DNA of 63,895 nucleotides, the filler included, from Intoshia linei (Eukaryota; Animalia; Orthonectida): the NCBI GenBank assembly GCA_001642005.1. It is 7 parts of 7 records of this genome, joined end to end, with 100 filler letters (N's around TTAATTAATTAA, not from the genome) between each part and the next. Parts side by side here need not be neighbours in the genome. Positions count along the whole stretch, not along the records: positions 1 to 15,251 come from LWCA01000923.1; 6 more parts are not named here. One strand, given 5' to 3'. Of this stretch, positions 1 through 9,911 are shown piece by piece. The notes under the pieces were generated by a model that did no database searches, was not told the origin of the DNA, and saw nothing but the letters and a program-made list of their open reading frames with translations. Made by a program: the position numbers and the translations under genes. Each line of letters starts with the position of its first letter. Position 1 is the first letter of the stretch.

Positions 1-881
1 GATCGTTGACGCACCCTTTTCTTCAATTCACTCCAAAGATTTTCGATTATATTCCAATCTGGATTCTGTAGCAGCCAATTTGGTAGCATATTTAGATGCT
101 GACTTTGTATCCATTTACTAGTAAATCGTGATGTATGAGACGAAGCACTATCTTGTAGAATATATCTTGTCTTATGCATTTTAGGAATCACATCTTATGA
201 ATATTACCATATTCATGCAAATTAACGCGATTAAAGTATCGAACAAGCAATCTATTTCCGTTCTGCAAAATCGCACCCCAGACCAAAATACTTGGAGAGA
301 ATTTGACAGTGGCGTGGACATGTGACAATCTATATCTAGTATTTTTTCGCCGTCTTATATACCTCTTGGCTCTAAAGTTTAGATTTATCTTGGTTTTATC
401 GCTATAAATGACATAATTCCAATCATGCTCAGACCAGTTTCGACGGTTTTGGCACCGCTTCAATCTCTTTTTTTTGTGCAAAGTTGTCAGATAAGGCTTT
501 TTCACTGCAATGCGTCCAAATAAACCGCTACGTCTTAGAGAACGTTAACAGTACCGAGACTAACTTTTAAATTAGATGGTATCAAATTTCGCAGCTCATT
601 AGCAGTCAAGAAAGGGTTTGATTTTGCTTTTATTTCTAATAAACGATCCTCCCTGATTGACATTTTTTTTCGTCATCCTTTTTTAGGTCGATTAATTAGA
701 GGTAGACAATTTTGGTGCTTTTTAATTATTTCTTAAACTGCGCATCTGAATACAGAAAGCTCTCTAGCAATTTTTACTTAGGTATACCCTCTATTGTTAG
801 CCACTTAAAAAATTATAAAATTGAAAATTTATACAGACTGCGGCGATTTTACTAAGTGCTCAAAACATATGAACGGGTCTG
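1..881 (-). mobile_element. Degenerate Tc1-family transposon, apparently inside an intron of the hnRNP gene
   Basis: ORF 188-505 has KKPYLT...RL...W...YSDK (Tc1 WSDE region) and VWGAI. Out-of-frame continuation reads LQDSASSHTS and NWLLQNPDWNIIENLW (the SPDLNPIENLW motif). Terminus TA|CAGACCCGTTC at 881. Confidence 0.9.
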
Positions 882-1183
882 TATACTGTCCAAGAATCTT
901 AATTATTATTTTAAATTATCATTGTATAATAAAACATCTACTCGAATAATAGACTTCTTTACAGTATGGGTTGTAAAATTGTTCTCATCTTCATATTTTT
1001 AACTATAAATGACAATTACTGTGTACTGTTATTGAAGAAAACTACAAAGAACCGGTATAATATAAATGATAAATTGTTATTGATAATTTTCTCTCATTTT
1101 GGATGACGTTCGAACCGTCACGTTTAAACCATATTTCTAACTACAATTAACTACAATTACACTGTATTGTATAAATACTTTAG

Positions 1184-1832
1184 ATAAAATCAATAGATAT
1201 ACCACATGATAGAGAAAAACACATTAGAAAAAACTACGCATTTATATCTTTTCAAACTCTTGAATCTGTCAAATTAGCATCCGAATGTCAAAAACAATTG
1301 ATTAAATCTTCGCCGGTAATACTGTACAATACATCCATCATTGGTTAACCTCAATTAAAATTTTGTTAGATATTAAGGCATTATAACAATGCCAAATATA
1401 TATACGTCATATTTGGTTTTTTCATGAAAATTATAAATCAATAATAACTGATCCATTTAGGTTGATGTTAAACCAGCTATAGCCCGATCAGAACAAATCA
1501 TGATGAGCTTTGTGAAAAGTAAGTATACACTTTATTAAAAAAACCAAGAATTGTAATGTCGTTTCAGTGCAACTGTAAATTTGACCACCAATAAATGTAT
1601 TAATTGGTGCATATAAGTTGTTTTTGAAATTTAAATGAAAAAAAACAAATTCACATAAATTTTAGAGCAATCGGAAATGCCCACAAACCGTCAGTATACA
1701 ATACCATACGAATGGCACCAACCACAACTGTACTATCAAATGAATAGCTACTATCCTCCAGAAAACAACCCAAATCAACCAAGATCAAATTATAATCATG
1801 ATTACGGTTCAATATATCCATATTACTATTAA
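1184..1832 (+). CDS. hnRNP D/AB (squid)-like RNA-binding protein, last three exons (1184-1315, 1461-1518, 1666-1832); 5' exons not found in the window
   Basis: Spliced translation IKSIDIPHDREKHIRKNYAFISFQTLESVKLASECQKQLIKSSP|VDVKPA gives an RRM with RNP1 KNYAFISF. It is followed by a Y/N/P-rich tail ending GSIYPYYY*. GT-AG sites and phases are consistent. Confidence 0.8.
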
Positions 1833-1962
1833 TTTGTAAACAATTCAACATTTACTTGTATTTGTAAAATAAAATTATTTTGCAATTGTTTTTATTTCGT
1901 AAAATAAAGATACTTTCATTTACTAAACTACATTGAAGTTTTAATATTTTATCACTCACTAA

Positions 1963-2845
1963 ATGGTATGCTTTTATATTGTAAAATTGTAGTTTGTTAA
2001 AATGTAGGCTCCGAAAACTAGTTCGAAACGAGCGAATCCAATGCAAAAAATTGGTATTGATAAATTGTGTCTAAATGTTTGCGTGGGAGAGTCGGGCGAC
2101 AGATTAACCCGGGCTGCCAAAGTATTACAACAACTTACTGGACAACAACCTTTGTTTTCCAAATGTAATTTTTAAAGGTGGTCTGATTATTTATTGGTTC
2201 ATTTAGCAAGATTAACTATCAATACCTTTGGAATTAGAAGAAACGAGAAAATTGCTGTTCATACTACCGTGCGAGGTGACATGGCAAAAGAATTGTTGGA
2301 GAAGGGTTTAAAAGTACTTTTATATCTATTACATTAACTATTATCTACTACACTCAATACAAAATTTTCTTAATGAAATATGATATAGTGTTATATTAAA
2401 GGAAAGCTACGCAACTAGATTCATGTTTGACTCTGTACTATTGCTTTTATACCTTATTTGATTTACCGAGTGAATTAACAAATTATTATTGATTATTTTA
2501 GGTAAAAGAGTACGAATTGAGACTCAAGAATTTCAGCCCTGAAGGAAATTTTGGTTTTGGTATAAGTGAACATATCGATTTGGGGTGCAAATATGATCCA
2601 ACCACCGGTATTTACGGAATGGACTTTTACATTGTTCTATCTAAACCAGGTTTATTCTAATTTTTCAAGGTAATATTTATTTTCTAATAGGTACACGTGT
2701 TTCCAAGAGAAAGATCAACAGAGCCAGACGGGGAACTCGTAACAAGATTACCAAAGATGAAGCTATGGATTGGTTCCAGAAGACGGTTAGTTTCTTTCAA
2801 CTGTTTTAATTTTTTTATTAGTTCGACGGAATCATTTTACCTTAA
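1963..2845 (+). CDS. RPL11: 60S ribosomal protein L11 (uL5); exons 1963-1965, 2008-2164, 2207-2313, 2502-2649, 2691-2785, 2822-2845
   Basis: Translation contains [68 protein letters not shown] and ends FDGIILP*. Introns are 42, 42, 188, 41 and 36 nt. Confidence 0.99.
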
Positions 2846-2898
2846 TGTAATATACCAATTAAACATTTATTGATTGATCGCTTCCATTTAAAGCCGAT

Positions 2899-3700
2899 TC
2901 ATTTTATTTTTATATAACTTAATAAAACTGCACTGCTCTTAAATTCTCAGTTTTCGATTTTTGTACTTCTTACTGTGAAGCAGAGTTGTCAAATGTCGGC
3001 ATTATATCCAAAAGCCTAGACGACCGCTCCATTATTATTTAGAAAATCTCACTTTTATCCCGGCATCAATAATAAAAACAATTTCAACAAATCTTTAGAG
3101 AAAATTTTTTTTTTTTAATATTTTTATGAAAAATACGATTTTAGATTTACTTACATTACATTATTTCACGACTACTTTTATTTATATATACAGTGCAATC
3201 GCGCTAAGTCAAATTGAAAATTTTAATAAAAATTGCACTTTGGGAATAAATAAATTTTGATGTAAAATGTCAGAAATGCATAGTTGCAATCATAAAAATA
3301 GATATTTAATGAAATTGAAAATTTAACTTCTCGAGATGCAAGTTTAACACATAATATATTTTTAATTTTACAATTAAGTTAATTAAAATGTATCTTATTA
3401 TTAATGAAATCTTGTTCTATAATATTTAAGCGTTCTTCTTCATTTATTTTAGATAAGTGGTTTTTTAGTAAAGATTGTTTACAAAAGTTAATCGATTTAA
3501 ACAATCTTTTATGTCAAAGGTATCAGTAAAATCACTATTTGACTGACTGACGGATTCAATAGTTTCATTAATGATATTTTCTTCACTTAATTGATTGTTT
3601 CTGGTGGTTAAATTTTCATCAGAACGAGAATATTCGTCAAAATCAATGTCCACTTCATAAAAACTTGAAAGTTATTCAATTCTGTAATATCAAATAAAAC
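2899..3700 (-). pseudogene. Unidentified spliced gene or pseudogene; mini-exons 3203-3160, 3092-3053, 3015-2974, 2937-2899 with an in-frame TGA at 2991-2989
   Basis: Canonical 37-nt and 36-nt GT-AG introns. Translation RDCTVYINKSSREIIFVEIVFIIDAGIKAFGYNADI*QLCFTSSAVLLSYIKIK* weakly resembles the DEAH-helicase IV(F/Y)VIDxG..K...YN segment. The upstream part (ORF 3465-3653) is broken by stops and frameshifts. Confidence 0.45.
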
Positions 3701-4343
3701 AATTTCATTATTCAAATTACTTTACAAATTTAATGTTAAAAAATCTTTGCTTTACTGAAACAATTTTTGATTATTGCAATACTTTTTAAAGTTTAAAAAA
3801 ACAACAATATTAATAAATTTTCTTGCGAACCCTAGTTTGAAAAGCCCTGGTGTATATCATAGAATACACAGACAGTGAAAGGGTTAATCTAATTAAAAAA
3901 TTTTCAATCCGAATACTGGATTATACTGTAACCAAGTTTCACATTAAAATGTAATGAATCATTACTAATGATTAACAAGTAATATATAATACCTAAGGAT
4001 GACTAAACATTTACGTATTATTTAATCCTTTCTCATTCGCTTTATTTTTCATTTTAGAAGCGATTATGCTAATCACTGGTCTAAATAAATTAAGGTGAAA
4101 CTGGGTTACATTATAGTCCAGTATTTAGATTAAAATCTAGAATGTCGGCAGCCATGAATAATCTGGGAAACGCTGTTCCTATAACTGATAATACGAATAA
4201 AGTGGTTTTCTTGTTACCAGTCATGAATTTTGTCTCGTGATGTAATCATAGTGACGTTGGTTTATTTGCTCAGAAATATTTGAACAATTTAGGCAACATT
4301 ATTTCATAACTATAAAAACTATTAGATTTTTGATATTTATAAA

Positions 4344-4886
4344 ATGGTAACTGATTTTTATTTTATAATTATAATTTAGATTTCTGGATTTACTATATCA
4401 GATGAAGTGTTTGAACTTATCGATTCAATTTACAAAAAGAAACAACGGTTCGTTATTATGAAATTTGACAAGTTATTCAAAAACTTGGAAATTGTTAAAA
4501 AAGGAGGAAGAGGTTGAAATTTTTTAATATTATCAACAAAATTTAGAATCTACCTACGACGAAGTTTATGAATATTTGATGACGGAATGTACTAAATCGT
4601 TTTGTTATGTATATTTCGATTTTCATTATCAAACAAATTCTGGACAATCTAGGGATAGAGTTGTGTTGTTGAAAATGTAGCTTTTTTTGTAAATGTATAT
4701 AATATATTTTATAGGGGTGTCCCGGAACAAGCTCCAATCAAGGAAAAAATGATTTACGCTTCTTCGTACAAGGCTCTACAGGATGCTACGAAATCTCAAA
4801 TCAATATTGATTGTACGGATCAGGCTTCTTTTGAATTAGATAGTATTGTTCAAATTTTGCTTTCAAAGCATGAAAGCACTAACTAG
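4344..4886 (+). CDS. ADF/cofilin family actin-depolymerizing factor; exons 4344-4346, 4380-4512, 4547-4676, 4715-4886
   Basis: Translation M|ISGFTISDEV...RFVIMKF...YVYFDFHY...RDRVVLL..GVPEQAPIKEKMIYASSYKAL. The ATG-only first exon is typical of cofilins. Introns are 33, 34 and 38 nt. Confidence 0.93.
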
Positions 4887-4951
4887 AATATTTTGCATAT
4901 TGGTTTGTAAATTAAATTTGACATTTTAAAAGCAGATTATATGGCAATAAT

Positions 4952-7619
4952 TTAATCATTTTGAATTTGTGGTGTGGTGAATCGTTTTTTTACTATAACG
5001 GGTATAATTGAAACGACAGCGATACTGATTAATAAGACAATACTTGACATTGTCATTAATTCACCAGTCGATGTTAGCTGGTGGAGTGTTTTTCCAGATT
5101 GAATGGCGATAAACGATGGCGGTGCTACTCCTAAAAATAATAAGAGTTGTAAGATATATATTTACCAATAAATGTTCCCCAAAAAAAAGGAAATATCGGC
5201 ACATTGATTATAGGTGAAGTTATGTTGATAAACCAATTCGGTAGAAAAGGCGTTACTCTTAGGAATACAATATAATTAAATAGACAATTTTTATTGTTTT
5301 CTATCTAAATGTAAAAATTATATTTTAAATAAATATAAAAAATTTCTTAAAGTTGAGATATATTTTTTATACCTTGAACACAATTTTAATTAATTTTCCA
5401 TTTCCATAAAATATCATACTAACAGAAATAAAACAGAATATAAATAGGTTGTGATTAAAATAACGTTAAAACAATTCATTCAATTCGTATTGTAAAATAC
5501 ATTCTCTGATCCGTTTTATACAATTACTAATTATAATCATTGACATTTCAAAATTATGTGATTAATCAATTTTGTAATAATTTTAAATGTATCGTATATT
5601 CCTCTTACCATGAGTGAAAATTTATGTATTTTTTGTGAAAATCGAGTCAATATTAAGCGTTTCCCTATTGTCATGGATATGTAATAACATAAAGTGGCTC
5701 CAATCGCTGAACACTAAAAAATAATAGATTAATGTGTCTATAAAAGCATACACTACAAACAACAATCAAAGCTAAGGGTATAGGAAATAGAAATCCGGAT
5801 ATTATTGATAGAAATATTGATCCAGGTATGGCAAATGTTTGTAAACTAAATAATATAAAATCGAGGTTATTATTAAAACTACGCGTGTTATATACTTCAA
5901 TTAAGTAACTTCATATGCAGTAGTTGTAATATATAGAAATGCTAAAAATTTCAAATGTTAGCACACGCATAGTGTCAATTTAAAAATTCAATTCATCAAC
6001 GTGATAAAACTGTACAGTACTTGTATTTCAAATTTTACAATAAACATTAAGTCAAAAACACAATTTCCCTTTTTTGTCAAAATAAAATCAGCCCTAGAAT
6101 TTAAAAAACATTCTGGGACGCTTTTTAAAATCATAAGCATTATCATAAATGACCACCTCTAAACATTTAATTTTTATGATTAAAACATCAGATTACCTTT
6201 TTTTAAAAAATTATAGTTGATACAGCTATATCCAGTTAACACATAAAAAATTTCAATCTGACAAAGTGACGCCTTCACGGCCAAAAAAGCACTTTAGTAT
6301 TCATTTTTTTACTAACAAAAAATTTTAAATAATTAACCGTCTTACAATTAAAAGAAAATTATTCTGATAGTTATTTCAGTTGATATAAATAAAAAACTTT
6401 AACCATAGTCAAAAATAATTTAATATATTATAAACAACATTTATCAAATTTACGATTTAAAATTAAAATGACCTCGAGCTGGGTAGGTTCGGCTCTGCTG
6501 ATCAGAACTAGCTGATGTTTGTAGGAAGAACAATGTCCTTGGACATAACTGTTACGTACTTTGTACAAACAATAGCTAATTAGCAAACAAAATACTTAAC
6601 ATTTTAACACTTTGATTTTTCCATTTTTTATATAAAAATACAATTTTACCTAAATACGCGAGAAAAAATCCAATTCTACCAAACTTTTCCTTTTCCAAAA
6701 TTTTATTGAAAAATTCAATTTTACCAAACTTTTCCATAATACAATTTTAAGAAAAAATAGCATTATTCAGTATTTTATTTAGATTTACTTAATTGAATTT
6801 AACCTTTCAGAAAAAATCCCCTTTTTCAAAATCCAAATTATTCTAGCCTTTCGAAAAGAAACCCCTTAACCAACATTTGATTGAAAAATTTAATTTTACC
6901 AAATTTTGAGATAAAAAAATCCAAATTACTCCAGCCTTTCGAAAAGAAACCCTTAATCAAGATTTGATTGAAAGATACAATTTTACCAAATTTTGAGAGA
7001 AAAAATTCAATTCTACTAAACTTTAGTAGAAAACATCCACTTTTCGAAAATATTTTTATTGAAAAATTCAATTTTACCAAACTTTGAGAGAAAAAATCGC
7101 CTTTTCCAAAATATTTTTATTGAAAAATATAATTTTACCAAATTTTGAGAGAAAAAATAAAATTCTACTAAACTTTCGTAGAAAAATCCAATTTACCCCA
7201 GCCGTTCGAAAAAAATCCCCTTAACCAACATTTGATTGAAAAATACAATTTAACCAAATTTTGAGAAAAAATTCAGATATTTGAAATTCAGATACATAAT
7301 TTATCATAATATAAATAAGAATAAAACGAAAAATTACATAATGTAAATTAATATAAATATGTAAAGAACATTGTAAAAGTAATCATTTTTGTATAAAATT
7401 AGGACATTTGCAAGTTTTTTCATTTGGTCAATATTTCTGGGTAAACGTAAATCCTGCAATTCATGACTAAATTATTTTTAATTTAAATTAACATTGTAAA
7501 TTAAATCCATTTTAAATATACCTTTTAAAACTTGGCGTGAAAAAGTATAAAGAATACAACATAAATGCAAAAATTATAACAAACAATAAAATAAAGACAA
7601 AATGTGGTCGTTCTTTCAT
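4952..7619 (-). CDS. TMEM41B: TMEM41B/stasimon (DedA/VTT-domain scramblase); exons 7619-7522, 7466-7338, 5845-5752, 5713-5609, 5304-5166, 5130-4952
   Basis: LQTFAIPGSIFLSIISGFLFP, FLRVTPFLPNWFINITSP and GVAPPSFIAI closely match TMEM41B. All splice phases are consistent. Confidence 0.97.
6630..7270. repeat. Degenerate tandem array (~30-bp monomers, e.g. GAAAAATTCAATTTTACCAAATTTTGAGA, with ~60/90-bp higher-order units) in a TMEM41B intron
   Basis: Recurrent AATTTTACCAAA(T/C)TTTGAGA and CCAGCCTTTCGAAAAGAAACCC blocks. Confidence 0.85.
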
Positions 7620-8667
7620 AATTTGATATTTATAATTCGGAATGTATAAATAGATCGTTTTGATTTTATCGCAGTTTTATTGCTATGAGTTTATCGACTT
7701 AAATCTTTGAAAGAATCTTAACTTAAGATAAACGTTGCGAACGACAATAGAAAAAGATACTAATAAAATTAAATGCTTAAAATAACTTTCGAATTTTGCA
7801 ATTTTTCAATAGTTTAATCTATTTTTCCAAAAATTGGAACGCGACCTTGATACATTAATATTTATATTGCTAGTTTTGTTTATTCAGGATATATTTGGAT
7901 AGCAATATCTGGAATAGCTAAATTCCGTAAATTAAGTATCGAAATTTCTAAGTGGATTTCGTATAAATCCTAGTAACCAAATATATTATTAATCAGTGAC
8001 GAGGCACCTAAAAAAAATATTTTGAAATGATGCATAAAAAAATTCCTTTTGGCGCCCAACTAAAGTTACATCACATGCATTAAAATAGAGTGTCCAGATT
8101 TCAAAATGTCTTAGAAACAATAAAATTGGAATTAAAAGTTCTAACAATTTGAAATTTTCAAGAATTTAAAAAGAATTAACAATTTAAAATATGAAATATA
8201 AATGTTAATTTTATTGGTATTAATCTTTGGAAATTATTTTTTTACATAATTCACTATTATTTTCCAAATGTTTGTAAAAATCAATAAACTCTCTTTACAA
8301 TTATATTTATAGTATAACTACAATTATAATGTTTTTTGGCATAATTAAAAAATAATTAATTTTTATTAATTAATAAATTTGAAGTGATGCAAATTAAACG
8401 ATATAAAGCTGTTTTTAATATAAATTTATTAAAACTTCACTTTATTAAGAAAGTAAAATATTGACTGAGATTATCTATGGTATTTATGAGTCCTTATGGA
8501 CACTAATTAAAATGTAATTTATATGCTATCTAATTAGTAATTACCCTAATCGTTACATATACATTTACATGTACGATTGGTTTGATATTCTAGATTTTAA
8601 ACTAAAATTTGGTTTACAAAGGTTATTTGTATTAGTATATTTGAGCGATAAATTAAATGAATACGAA

Positions 8668-9877
8668 ATGAAAATTTTGAGCAGACAATTATTGATACGC
8701 ATCCGATTAAATCTTAATCTCCCAAAAAACGCTAAACATACAAAATACGTAGAAAGTGTTAATTATAACAGCAAAGAGTCTGATACAATAACCCGTGAAT
8801 GCATAAACTACGATCCTAGAGAAAGAGGAGAATCTGCTATAAAAAAAATTGAAAATTTACCAGATTTTGCAAAAAAAAGATTAAATTACTTGAAAAAAGA
8901 AACTGAAACGTTACGTGCATTAGATGAAAACGTACCAGATGAAATTCAACCACACAATTGGTTAAAACTACTTGTAACAAATACCATTGATGGAAGAAAA
9001 AAACTCTTGCATTATTTATTTGTAACACAAATTCGTAAAATGAAAGCATCTGAAAAAAAAAGTGAAATAGCTATAAAAACAGCTGAAAAAAAAAAATTGG
9101 TAAACGAGTTGATTGCAACAGGCGAAAAAGATAAATATATAAAAAGTATATTACCACAAGTATACGGAAATATGAAAAATATGATTCATTATCGACGTAT
9201 AAGTTGGAAAAACATGACAGACCCAAAAGAAATTGTAATTGACTGCGGATACGAAAATGTAATGAACGAAAAGGAAATTAGTAATTTAGCCGAACAAATT
9301 ATAATATGCTATGCAGCAAATAAAAAGAACCTTGAACCTCTCCGAATTATTCTATGCAGATTGAGTCAAGAAGGATATCTATATTTTTGTCTTTGTAAAT
9401 ACATACCTGTTGAAATCATTGAAACTTTGTTCACTTTTGAAATTTGTGACAAACCAGTTAAAAATTGGATTGTCGATTTTAATAAAAGAAATGAATTCAT
9501 TCAACCAAAAAAATTGATTTACTTGTCTCCTGATGCCAGAGATATTTTAAGAGAAATTTCGCGTGATGAAATTTATGTCATTGGTGGGCTAATTGACAAA
9601 CTTAACCCCAATAAACATTCACTAGCATACTGCAGCGAAAATAATATTCAAATCAAGAAATTACCATTGGATAATTATGTCAAGTAATTTTTTATATTGA
9701 TAAAATTACAAGTATATTTTAAGGTGGAAGTTGGGCAATAAATCGCTTACTATTGATCAGGTGTTTAATATTATTCTAAGCCTCAATAATTTCAAATCCT
9801 GGCCCCAGACATTTAGGGAATGTCTACCTCCCCGTAAGATTTCTACAATATTTGACAAACCCATTTATTTTAAATAA
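8668..9877 (+). CDS. TRMT10C: Mitochondrial tRNA m1R9 methyltransferase / RNase P protein 1 (MRPP1); exons 8668-9683 and 9724-9877 (the ORF is open from 8569)
   Basis: Trm10 SPOUT motifs IVIDCGYE..M, LIYLSPDA, YVIGGLID, KLPLDNYV|KWKLGNKSLTIDQV and W...LPPRK. Basic presequence-like N-terminus MKILSRQLLIRIRL and a long N-terminal domain. Confidence 0.9.
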
Positions 9878-9911
9878 ATGTACATATTTTTACATTTTTT
9901 TTAAATTTCAT

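Noticed and set aside
1651-2162. Minus-strand ORFs 1651-1851, 1852-2046, 1974-2162 (also 4543-4737, 8837-9049, 13232-13558, 34702-34908, 52146-52370, 62489-62719)
   Set aside because: Antisense or off-frame shadows of the real exons of hnRNP, RPL11, ADF, TRMT10C, M6, Ig, serpin and EARS2.
6838-7080. 80-aa repetitive ORF
   Set aside because: Translation of the intronic satellite.
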